Sequence record: SRR31156797_3653
Strand: one strand, 5' to 3'
Length of the DNA stretch: 46,114 nt
Part shown: positions 1 to 7,955 of the stretch, piece after piece
Numbering within the stretch: position 1 is the stretch's first letter
How the letters are laid out: each line of letters opens with the position of its first letter
The notes under the pieces: model-generated
What the model saw: only the letters and a program-made list of their open reading frames with translations
What the model was told of the DNA's origin: nothing
Database searches by the model: none
Position numbers and translations under genes: made by a program

Positions 1-474
1 ACGGTTTTGTTGTCCTTGGTTTGTTGGGCGGTTTTGTTGCCCTTGATTGTTACGATTCTCTTGGTTATTCACTCGATTATGACTTCCTTGGTTATTTGGT
101 CTGTTACTTCCTTGACTGTTCGTGCGATCTACTTGTCCTTGACCAGCAGGACGGTTATTGCTTTGCGTAGTTCGCTGTTGACTTTGATTGTTATGACGGT
201 TTTGGAAGTTAGGATTATTTCTTTGCGTTTTAAATTTCTTTTGCTCTTGTTTTTCCGGCTGGTTGGCTGGTTTCTGATTTGCGGGATTTGAGTTTGCAGA
301 TGTTTTACCATTTGGATTGCCGCCTAATGACTGCTGCAATTTTTGCGCCTCTCCATCTGAGATCGCGCCCATATGATTTTTGACATCAAAGCCTAAAGAT
401 TGTGCTTTTTCAACAACCTCTTTGCTCGACTTATTCCATTCTTTTGCAAGTTCATAAATTCTTTTTTTTCCCAT
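1..474 (-). CDS. infB: Translation initiation factor IF-2, N-terminal part (runs off the window edge)
   Basis: Read by hand: ATG at 474 with SD AGGAAGGT gives [38 protein letters not shown] (IF2_N motif), then an N/Q/R-rich linker. Frame stays open to base 1. Follows ylxQ in the canonical nusA operon. Confidence 0.97.
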   Translation of the reverse strand, partial: MGKKRIYELAKEWNKSSKEVVEKAQSLGFDVKNHMGAISDGEAQKLQQSLGGNPNGKTSANSNPANQKPANQPEKQEQKKFKTQRNNPNFQNRHNNQSQQRTTQSNNRPAGQGQVDRTNSQGSNRPNNQGSHNRVNNQENRNNQGQQNRPTNQGQQNR

Positions 475-486
475 GCAATCACCTTC

Positions 487-789
487 CTAACCTAATATTA
501 ATTCCTGCACCTTCCTTGCAAATCCTTGATCTAAGATGCCAATGACCATTCTTGGTTTCCCAATGGCCGCACTGATTTCATCAGCAGAAAATGCATCTAG
601 GAGCGGAATTTCGTAATAAGAACTTTTGTCCTTAATTTTCTTTTGTGTATTTTTACCAGCATCACTGGCGATAATGACTAAAGCTGCTTTCTCATTGCGA
701 ATCTCTTTTAAAGTCAATTCTTCACCAGTTACTAATTTCCCAGCACGCATGGCTAGTCCTAACATATTTAATGCTTTGGTTTTATTCAT
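487..789 (-). CDS. ylxQ: L7Ae/L30e-family RNA-binding protein YlxQ
   Basis: LGLAMRAGKLVTGEE...IIASDAG motif. Start taken at MNKTK (ATG 789), overlapping the ylxR stop. Confidence 0.92.
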   Translation of the reverse strand: MNKTKALNMLGLAMRAGKLVTGEELTLKEIRNEKAALVIIASDAGKNTQKKIKDKSSYYEIPLLDAFSADEISAAIGKPRMVIGILDQGFARKVQELILG

Positions 790-1081
790 TTGCAAATAAC
801 TCTTTTCGCGCTTTTTGGTGCGTTACATAGTCCAATAGTTCTTGGTAAAATTCATCTGTCAATTTCGTTTCCAGCACTCGATCCAAGATACGCTTATCCC
901 ATGCTTTCTGGGCTTCAGCCGGTTCGATCGCTATATAAGCTCCCCGACCTGGCATTTTTCCTGTCGGATCGATGGAAACAACGCCTTCTTTTGAACGAGT
1001 GATACGAAGCATTTCTTTCTTAGGTAGCATTTCGCCTGAAATCACTGATTTTCGTAAAGGAATTTTTCGTTTTTTCATCAC
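782..1081 (-). CDS. ylxR: YlxR/RnpM (DUF448) RNA-binding protein
   Basis: KIPLRK...DPTGKMPGRGAY motif; sits between nusA and ylxQ. Confidence 0.93.
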   Translation of the reverse strand: MMKKRKIPLRKSVISGEMLPKKEMLRITRSKEGVVSIDPTGKMPGRGAYIAIEPAEAQKAWDKRILDRVLETKLTDEFYQELLDYVTHQKARKELFANE

Positions 1082-1094
1082 GATCTCACCTCAA

Positions 1095-2309
1095 CTATTT
1101 TTCGTCAAACTCAACATTTTCATAATCATCCGCAGTCATGTCTGATGGAAGGATCGCTTCATCAACTGTTTCTGCAGATTCTGTTGCTTCTGTACTGATT
1201 TCTTCAGCAGCTTCTGAAGCATTGGCATCATACTCATCGATATAGTCGCCTTCATCCAGCTTCGCATAAAATTCTTCCATGTCTGTTTCTGATTTGATAT
1301 CGATTTTGAAGCCAGTCAATTTGGCTGCTAGGCGAGCATTTTGTCCGCGTTTACCGATCGCTAATGATAGTTGGTAATCAGGCACGACAACAGTACAAGC
1401 CTTCGGATTATCAACATCAAAAATAACGTCGCTGACTTCTGCTGGATTCAACGCATTGGCGATGAAGATCGCTGGATCTTCATTCCATTCCACGATGTCC
1501 ATGTTTTCGCCTTTTAGTTCATTGACGATCGCTTGAACCCGTTGACCTTTAGGGCCAACACAAGTGCCGACTGGATCGACGTTGGCATCAAAGGAACGAA
1601 CAGCAACTTTGGCACGATCCCCTGCTTCACGAGCAATACTTACGATCTCTACAGTACCATCATATACTTCTGGCACTTCTTGTTCAAATAATCGGCGCAG
1701 CAAATCTGGATGGCTGCGGCTAACGAATACTTGAGGTCCTTTTGAAGTATTTTCAACACGAGAAACGAATACTTTGATCCGATCATGGGGTTGATAAAAC
1801 TCATTTGGCATTTGGTCTTGTTTTGAAAGCACGGCTTCAATTTTGCCTAAGTTTACATAGATATAACGATTGTCTTGGCGTTCAACGATTCCTTGCAAAA
1901 TGTCTTTTTCGTACGCACTAAATTCGTTATAGATAATGTTTCTTTCCGCTTCACGGACCCGTTGCAAAATGACTTGTTTTGCCGTTTGCGCCGCAATACG
2001 ACCAAAGTCTTTAGGCGTTACTTCAAAGCGGATTTTGTCGCCGATTTCATAAGCGGGGTTGATTGTCATCGCTTCTTTTAATGAAACCTCTAGTTGCGAG
2101 TCCATGACTTCTTCTGTCACTTCTTTGACTGCATAGACGTGGATATTGCCTTTTTTCTGATCAAATTCTACTTCCACATTTTGTGCTTGCCCGTAATGAC
2201 GTTTGTACGCTGAAACCAATGCCGCTTCCAAGGCATCGATGACAATCTCTTTTGAAATGCCTTTCTCTGCTTCTAATGCATCCAATGCATTCAACATTTC
2301 TTTACTCAT
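1095..2309 (-). CDS. nusA: Transcription termination/antitermination factor NusA
   Basis: [42 protein letters not shown] motifs. Confidence 0.99.
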   Translation of the reverse strand: MSKEMLNALDALEAEKGISKEIVIDALEAALVSAYKRHYGQAQNVEVEFDQKKGNIHVYAVKEVTEEVMDSQLEVSLKEAMTINPAYEIGDKIRFEVTPKDFGRIAAQTAKQVILQRVREAERNIIYNEFSAYEKDILQGIVERQDNRYIYVNLGKIEAVLSKQDQMPNEFYQPHDRIKVFVSRVENTSKGPQVFVSRSHPDLLRRLFEQEVPEVYDGTVEIVSIAREAGDRAKVAVRSFDANVDPVGTCVGPKGQRVQAIVNELKGENMDIVEWNEDPAIFIANALNPAEVSDVIFDVDNPKACTVVVPDYQLSLAIGKRGQNARLAAKLTGFKIDIKSETDMEEFYAKLDEGDYIDEYDANASEAAEEISTEATESAETVDEAILPSDMTADDYENVEFDEK

Positions 2310-2330
2310 GATTCTTTCATTCCTCCGTGT

Positions 2331-2804
2331 TTAAAATTGAATGGCTAAACGAGCTTTGGCAATATTTTTCCGGTCGATCGTTCGTTCTTTTTCTCTGGTT
2401 TTGATTCGGGTCTTCATAACTAGCTGATTTTCATCGAATGACTGTAAAAAGCCTTCGAACTGTTTTTCTCCATCAATCGGTTGATATAAAGAAACATGAA
2501 TGTACTCGCCGACTGCCCGTTGATAATCTGCTTCTTTCTTCAATGGACGCTCGGCGCCAGGGGAAGAAACTTCCAAGAAATAGGCCTGTGGAATAGGATC
2601 AGGTTCGCATTGGTCTAATTGTTCACTAAGTTGTTCACTGACAAAGGCACATTCCTCGATATCGATTCCGCCTTCTTTATCAATGAACACACGAAGAAAC
2701 CAATTTTTCCCTTCCTTCACGAATTCTACTTCAACTAATTCAAATTTTTGCGCATCCAGAATAGGGGTCACTATATCTGTAACAGTTTCCACTACCGTAC
2801 TCAC
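2331..2804 (-). CDS. rimP: Ribosome maturation factor RimP
   Basis: [14 protein letters not shown] motif. Start reassigned to GTG 2804, which follows SD AAAGGAGG. Confidence 0.96.
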   Translation of the reverse strand: MSTVVETVTDIVTPILDAQKFELVEVEFVKEGKNWFLRVFIDKEGGIDIEECAFVSEQLSEQLDQCEPDPIPQAYFLEVSSPGAERPLKKEADYQRAVGEYIHVSLYQPIDGEKQFEGFLQSFDENQLVMKTRIKTREKERTIDRKNIAKARLAIQF

Positions 2805-2849
2805 AACATCGCCTCCTTTATTTCTCAACGAAACGAACTTCATTCCATT

Positions 2850-2884
2850 AAAAAGAGTGAGCGAAAAAACCGCTCACTCACTCT
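2850..2884 (-). promoter_or_regulatory. rimP leader: premature intrinsic terminator (attenuator) in the 5' UTR
   Basis: Minus strand reads GAGTGAGCG-GTTTTTT-CGCTCACTC followed by TTTTT, between the promoter and the rimP SD. Matches the known Firmicute rimP-leader terminator arrangement. Confidence 0.75.
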
Positions 2885-2902
2885 AAGTATCATTACATTG
2901 TA

Positions 2903-2931
2903 AATATAACACAATTTTCATAAAGATTCAA
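2903..2931 (-). promoter_or_regulatory. SigA promoter of the rimP-nusA-infB operon
   Basis: TTGAAT-17 bp-TATATT with an extended -10 TG. Confidence 0.65.
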
Positions 2932-3011
2932 CTACTGTCGCATGTTCCCTTCGCTTTCAGAAAAAAACAAAGCATTTTCTTAAAGATTTTTAATGCTTGG
3001 GTGAATGGCTG

Positions 3012-3365
3012 TTAGTGAATCACTTGACCAATCCGACGTAGTAGTTGTGGGAAAATGCTCTCTGGATCAAAGTCCATTGGCGCGTCATGTGGGAAATGAA
3101 GCCAGAGCCGACCACCATAAACCACTAGTACCAAAAGTGTCAATGTCACCCACAGGTTGTGACTGTAGTAAAGTTTGCTGATTTTCGGATTTTTTTTGAA
3201 TAAAACGATTCCGAATACGATCGGCACTAACCAAAACAAGGGATGAAAATGCAGCGCACCTTCAAGATCACCCTGAAATAAGTGCAAGTAGGCGCGCGTC
3301 ATGCCACAACCTGGACAAGGAAACCCCGTTAACCATTTAAACGGACAAATCAATAATCTACCCAA
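3012..3365 (-). CDS. DUF2752-family membrane protein
   Basis: CPFKWLTGFPCPGCGMTRA...ALHFHPL motif and two hydrophobic segments. Confidence 0.85.
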   Translation of the reverse strand: MGRLLICPFKWLTGFPCPGCGMTRAYLHLFQGDLEGALHFHPLFWLVPIVFGIVLFKKNPKISKLYYSHNLWVTLTLLVLVVYGGRLWLHFPHDAPMDFDPESIFPQLLRRIGQVIH

Positions 3366-3787
3366 TCATCTGAATCAGACGAATCGTTTGTATTGTTAGA
3401 TGAGGTCATGGCATTTTGATCAGCCGCTTCCCACATTTGGTTCATATCACCTTGTAAAATCGCCATGTTGATGAAATCAAAAGCAAACAGGCTCAAGACG
3501 ACAAAAAGAATTTTGTTGTCACTCAGACGAGGCATATTCGCTCGTTGTTGTGCACTCATAAAGATATCCGCAATTCGGTACCACCAATAAATTTGATACA
3601 ATCCACAAGTAAGGATCGTGAGTAAAATCGACGTCTCTGGCGAAAGACGATTATCCCCGCTGTATTCTGCCAGCTCTTTGGTTGTTTGGTACATCCAAAA
3701 GAATGTATAAATGCCACAAGTAATAAATGTTAATAAAATGACCGATACAACCGATTTCTTTCTAACTCCGTAATTATAATTCATCAC
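3350..3787 (-). CDS. DUF4234-family membrane protein
   Basis: Repeated LTxxTCGxYxxxWxY motifs, three TM-like segments, acidic tail. Confidence 0.8.
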   Translation of the reverse strand: MMNYNYGVRKKSVVSVILLTFITCGIYTFFWMYQTTKELAEYSGDNRLSPETSILLTILTCGLYQIYWWYRIADIFMSAQQRANMPRLSDNKILFVVLSLFAFDFINMAILQGDMNQMWEAADQNAMTSSNNTNDSSDSDDWVDY

Positions 3788-3884
3788 AAACTCCTTCTAG
3801 TTTATTCCTTTTTATCACATACTAATTATACACGATTTTATTCACAAAAACAAAAAAAATCTAATTATTTTATTTTATATAGAT

Positions 3885-3921
3885 TAAAAAAGGTAAATGG
3901 CACCTGCTGAAAGCAGGTGCC
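3885..3921 (-). terminator. Probable thrS terminator
   Basis: Perfect 10-bp stem GGCACCTGCT/AGCAGGTGCC (3899-3921), followed on the minus strand by ATTTACCTTTTTT. Confidence 0.65.
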
Positions 3922-3958
3922 TATACTATAAAATCATTCGTTTTCTTTGAACCAAAAG

Positions 3959-5899
3959 CTATGCTCGACTATAATTTTTCACTTCAGCAGCCATTGCATC
4001 AACAAACAGATTCAATTCTTCGACTTGGGTCTCCTTGCTGCCGTAGCGACGGATATTGACTGTCGCATCATTGACTTCTTGATCCCCAACAACAATTTGA
4101 TAAGGAATTTTTTGGGTTTGTGATGCGCGGATCTTATACCCCATTTTTTCGTTGCGGTCATCCACTTCTACCCGCAGTCCTTGTGCCTGCAAGCGTTCTT
4201 TGATTTCGTAAGCATAGTCACTGTGAGCTTCGACTGAAACTGGAATGATCGATGCTTGGATCGGCGCCAACCACGTTGGGAATGCGCCTTTATAGACTTC
4301 CGTCAGATAAGCCACAAAACGTTCCATCGTTGAAACGATGCCGCGGTGGATCACCACTGGACGGTGGTTGTTTTCGCCATCTTCACCAACATATGTTAGA
4401 TCAAACCGTTCAGGCAATAAGAAATCCAATTGGATCGTTGACAAGGTTTCTTCCATACCTAAAGCTGTTTTCACTTGGACATCTAGTTTAGGTCCGTAGA
4501 AAGCTGCTTCACCGTCAGCTTCAAAATAATCCAATTCTAATTCATCCATGGCCGCTTTTAGCATTGTTTGCGCATTTTCCCACATCGCATCGTCATCAAA
4601 ATATTTGTCTTTGTTTTGTGGATCGCGATAACTTAAACGGAAACGATAGTCAGTAATATTAAAGTCTTCGTAAACGCCCACCATAAGATCCAGTGTCCGT
4701 TTGAATTCTTCTTTGATTTGATCAGGACGAACAAATGTATGACCATCATTTAAGGTCATTTCCCGAACCCGTTGCAACCCTGATAGTGCCCCTGATTTTT
4801 CATAGCGGTGCATCATTCCTAATTCAGCGATCCGAATTGGTAGTTCACGATACGAATGGATGTCATTTTTGTAAACCATCATGTGATGTGGGCAATTCAT
4901 TGGTCGTAGAACCAGCATTTCGCCATCCCCCATATCCATTGGTGGGAACATGTCCTCGTGGTAATGATCCCAGTGCCCTGATGTTTTGTATAAATCCACG
5001 TTTGCCATGATTGGTGTGTATACGTGTTGGTACCCAAGGCTAACTTCTTTATCCACGATATAACGCTCGATCGTACGACGGATCGTTGCTCCTTTTGGCA
5101 ACCAGAAAGGCAAACCCGCGCCGACTTCAGGGGACAACATAAACAATTCTAATTCTTTCCCTAATTTACGATGATCGCGTTCTTTTGCTTCTTCTCGTAA
5201 ACGAATAAATTCCTTCAAGTCTTTCTTATCGAAAAAGGCTGTTCCATATACCCTTTGCATCATTTGATTATCAGAACTTCCACGCCAATAGGCTCCGGCT
5301 ACTGATAACAATTTGTACACTTGGATACGACCTGTCGATGGGACATGAGGGCCGCGGCATAAGTCAACAAATTCTCCTTGCTGATAGGCAGTAATCGTTT
5401 CGTCATCTGGTAATTCTGTGATCAACTCAACTTTGTATGGATCTTCAGCAAAAAGAGCCAAAGCTTCCTCTTTTGTTAATACACGTCGTTCAATTGGCAG
5501 ATTTTCTTTAATGATTTTCATCATTTCTGCTTCGATTGCTGGTAGATCTTCCGCAGTTACTGGTTTTTCCCCATTGTCTGTGTCATAGTAAAAACCAGAA
5601 TCAATTGCAGGTCCTACTCCAAAATGGATCGATGGATAGAGTCTGCGCATGGCTTGAGCCATTAAATGAGCTGTCGAATGACGAAGTAAACCTAAGGCGT
5701 CTTCATGATCGGGTGTCACGATCTCAATCGTTGCATCTTCTTCGATCGGACGTGAAAGATCGATCAGTTGTCCATTGACTTTTCCAGCTAAGGCTTTTTT
5801 TGCAAGACTTTTCGAGATACTTTCAGCAATCTCTTTAGTTGTTACCCCAACAGCAAATTCTTTTTTTGCGCCATCAGGAAATGTAATAAATAATGACAT
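3959..5899 (-). CDS. thrS: Threonine--tRNA ligase
   Basis: TGS domain, [33 protein letters not shown] motifs. Confidence 0.99.
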   Translation of the reverse strand: MSLFITFPDGAKKEFAVGVTTKEIAESISKSLAKKALAGKVNGQLIDLSRPIEEDATIEIVTPDHEDALGLLRHSTAHLMAQAMRRLYPSIHFGVGPAIDSGFYYDTDNGEKPVTAEDLPAIEAEMMKIIKENLPIERRVLTKEEALALFAEDPYKVELITELPDDETITAYQQGEFVDLCRGPHVPSTGRIQVYKLLSVAGAYWRGSSDNQMMQRVYGTAFFDKKDLKEFIRLREEAKERDHRKLGKELELFMLSPEVGAGLPFWLPKGATIRRTIERYIVDKEVSLGYQHVYTPIMANVDLYKTSGHWDHYHEDMFPPMDMGDGEMLVLRPMNCPHHMMVYKNDIHSYRELPIRIAELGMMHRYEKSGALSGLQRVREMTLNDGHTFVRPDQIKEEFKRTLDLMVGVYEDFNITDYRFRLSYRDPQNKDKYFDDDAMWENAQTMLKAAMDELELDYFEADGEAAFYGPKLDVQVKTALGMEETLSTIQLDFLLPERFDLTYVGEDGENNHRPVVIHRGIVSTMERFVAYLTEVYKGAFPTWLAPIQASIIPVSVEAHSDYAYEIKERLQAQGLRVEVDDRNEKMGYKIRASQTQKIPYQIVVGDQEVNDATVNIRRYGSKETQVEELNLFVDAMAAEVKNYSRA

Positions 5900-5929
5900 A
5901 TGAATGTCCTCCTTTGAATGATTTCAATC

Positions 5930-6165
5930 AATAAAAAAGTCCTAGTATCGGTTACGATACTAGGACGATCACTCGTGGTTCCACCTATTGTTCGAAAACA
6001 GAAAAAGTCTGTTTTCCTCTTCATGAGATAACGGTTCAACCGCCTCCGTTTCGACAGAGGTCTAAAAAAAGTGGTCATCCTTTGGTTTTCTTCCAGGAAA
6101 TTTTCAGCCAAGATTTCCCTCTCTTATCGAAGACTCTCAAACTCAGGTGTCTTTTTTATTGATCG
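5930..6165 (-). promoter_or_regulatory. T-box riboswitch, Thr specifier ACC
   Basis: T-box AATAGGTGGAACCACG at about 5974-5989. Terminator GTCCTAGTATCG/CGATACTAGGAC plus T-run at 5933-5966. Stem I has AGAGA and GGCTGAAA motifs and specifier loop ATG-ACC-A (ACC at 6075-6073). Confidence 0.95.
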
Positions 6166-6176
6166 ATTATGGCTCA

Positions 6177-6205
6177 ATTAAACCACTACCTACAAGAAAA
6201 AGCAA
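6177..6205 (-). promoter_or_regulatory. SigA promoter for the thrS leader
   Basis: TTGCTT-17 bp-TTTAAT with an extended TG, just upstream of T-box stem I. Confidence 0.55.
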
Positions 6206-6210
6206 GAGAA

Positions 6211-6387
6211 TTATTTCCAATCGCCATTCACAGCATAGGTTCCTTGCTTCATTTCATTGATGATGACATGGATATGCTCCTTAGGGGCACCCGTATTTTT
6301 ATGGACCGCCTCAGTGATTTCTTTCATCATATTCGTCAGTTGTTCTTGCGAACGCCCTTCAACTAGTTCGACATGAATAAATGGCAT
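6211..6387 (-). CDS. 4-oxalocrotonate tautomerase family protein (58 aa; absent from the ORF track)
   Basis: Manual translation [58 protein letters not shown]. Catalytic Pro-1 after Met removal, GR motif, strong SD AAAGGAGG. Confidence 0.92.
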   Translation of the reverse strand: MPFIHVELVEGRSQEQLTNMMKEITEAVHKNTGAPKEHIHVIINEMKQGTYAVNGDWK

Positions 6388-6475
6388 ACGATTTCCTCCT
6401 TTGTTTGCTTTTGATTATACACCTTTTTCAAAAAGACAAAAGCTATTCCCATGATTTCCAAAGAAAAACGTGTCT

Positions 6476-6973
6476 TTATTCCTCCTGATACACGACAGAA
6501 AACTTTTCACAAACGCATAGCATTTGATCGTGAAAAGACAACCCCGCTGAGGCATAAGCTCGTCGAAAAAAAGCTTCATGAACACGGCGCCAATAAGCCA
6601 AAGTGCGATCTCCTTCCCCTTCTAAAAAGGCAAACGCTGCTGTCACTTCATCAAATGGCACGATCGACACTGACTCTAAATAAAGAACAGCTCTTGGTAC
6701 ATCCGAACCATCTAAAAGGACACTATACGTTTCTGATTGTGGCAATGCTTCTTGCTCGATTTCATAGAGCGCAGCGGCGGAGGTCGTCGCTGTCTTTTTG
6801 CCAGCTAAAACAAGTGCTGCCAGTTCATCCGCCATTTCTGAAGTATCACCAAAGGACCAAGCATCTTCATAGGTCAGAGAAGATTGATTTCTTGGATTTG
6901 CTTTTAAAAACCGCTGCCAAAACGCTTGAATCTGACTGTCTTTTATTTTTGGTTCTCTGGTCTCATCTGCCAA
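6476..6973 (-). CDS. ASCH domain-containing protein
   Basis: WSFGD...LVLAGKKTATTS...FAFLEGEGDRTLAYWRRVH signature. Overlaps the upstream gene by 31 nt. Confidence 0.88.
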   Translation of the reverse strand: MADETREPKIKDSQIQAFWQRFLKANPRNQSSLTYEDAWSFGDTSEMADELAALVLAGKKTATTSAAALYEIEQEALPQSETYSVLLDGSDVPRAVLYLESVSIVPFDEVTAAFAFLEGEGDRTLAYWRRVHEAFFRRAYASAGLSFHDQMLCVCEKFSVVYQEE

Positions 6974-7815
6974 TTTTTTTCACTCCAATACTTCGTATAT
7001 GTTTGGACATTCTCAGCTTCTTGCCAATCATAGGCCAACCCTAATTTCTCGCTGATTTTCTTTGCTTGCTTATCAAATCGTTTTTGCATCTTCAAAAGGG
7101 ACTGACCGCAAGCAGTGATCGTGGAAAAATCAAGCAATGAGGTCAATTCCCGCCACTCCTTTTCCGTTAGAAACGACTGCAGGTATTTATGATTTTTCCC
7201 AGTACTCACCTGAAATTGCTGAGCATGGGCAACAAACAAATCTTCTATCCATAACAATTCTTGCCAACAAATGGTGTATAAATGATCCGTAGCATAAATT
7301 AGTTGCTTTCGAAGCAGCCCTTTCACGACATACGTGCTTACCCACCAAAATTCGTTGCAGTGTTCTTGAAAAGCGGCTTGGGTCGGGCGCTTGATCCAGT
7401 AATGCGAATGATTTGCTTGATTAGCAAAACTTAGTAATTGGTCTGGATCAAGCAGCGGCTGCAAGCCTGGTTCTTTAGCAAGACGATCGACCAGTGCAAG
7501 AGGACAAAGCATGAGATCGATTCGTGCTCCGTCTTGAAAATGCATTAAGTAGGTAAAACAACCACCCAAGCTGGGTGGATAAATCGTGCTAGCTTCCGGT
7601 GTTTGCCTGATCATGATTGATCCAAAGGCTTCTAACCATGAAGAATCATCGACCAAAGGCTGAATATCCTCCATCACGAAGACCACGTCAAAATCCTGCA
7701 AAATATCTTTTGGCGCCTGTGGATCGGTCCGTGAACCAGATAAACCGATGGCACGTGCCCCAACACGTTTCCCAACAGACAGGATCAATTGGCGCAATTC
7801 TGCTTCTTCTCTCAC
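6943..7815 (-). CDS. Aminoglycoside 6-adenylyltransferase (ANT(6)/AadK)-family nucleotidyltransferase
   Basis: GSRT...DILQDFDV nucleotidyltransferase motif, RIDL, and CNEFWWVSTYVVKGL..Q..YA.DHL typical of AadK/AadE. Start reassigned to GTG 7815 (SD GAGGTG). Confidence 0.85.
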   Translation of the reverse strand: MREEAELRQLILSVGKRVGARAIGLSGSRTDPQAPKDILQDFDVVFVMEDIQPLVDDSSWLEAFGSIMIRQTPEASTIYPPSLGGCFTYLMHFQDGARIDLMLCPLALVDRLAKEPGLQPLLDPDQLLSFANQANHSHYWIKRPTQAAFQEHCNEFWWVSTYVVKGLLRKQLIYATDHLYTICWQELLWIEDLFVAHAQQFQVSTGKNHKYLQSFLTEKEWRELTSLLDFSTITACGQSLLKMQKRFDKQAKKISEKLGLAYDWQEAENVQTYTKYWSEKNWQMRPENQK

Positions 7816-7913
7816 CTTTTCCACCTCTATTTCGTTTCGTTTTTGAACACCTAAGCTCTTTTTATAAATATTAGCATAGTTTCTTTTTTTCCACGACATT
7901 CACAGGGAAAATA

Positions 7914-7922
7914 TGCTATAAT
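7914..7922 (+). promoter_or_regulatory. Extended -10 promoter element of helD
   Basis: TGcTATAAT about 35 bp upstream of the GTG start, which has SD AAGGAGG. Confidence 0.55.
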
Positions 7923-7955
7923 TTTATGTCGCAATTTTTTTAAGGAGGATCCTTC

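Noticed and set aside
7-311. 94-aa plus-strand hydrophobic ORF and 60-aa minus-strand ORF
   Set aside because: Antisense and out-of-frame shadows of the N/Q-rich infB linker, which the track missed because infB runs off the edge.
5842-6111. 89-aa ORF upstream of thrS as a leader peptide
   Set aside because: The region is fully explained by the T-box riboswitch.
6169-6366. 65-aa plus-strand ORF
   Set aside because: Antisense to the real tautomerase gene and the thrS promoter; no SD.
6451-7044. 197-aa plus-strand ORF
   Set aside because: Antisense shadow of the ASCH and ANT(6)-like genes; no recognisable motifs.
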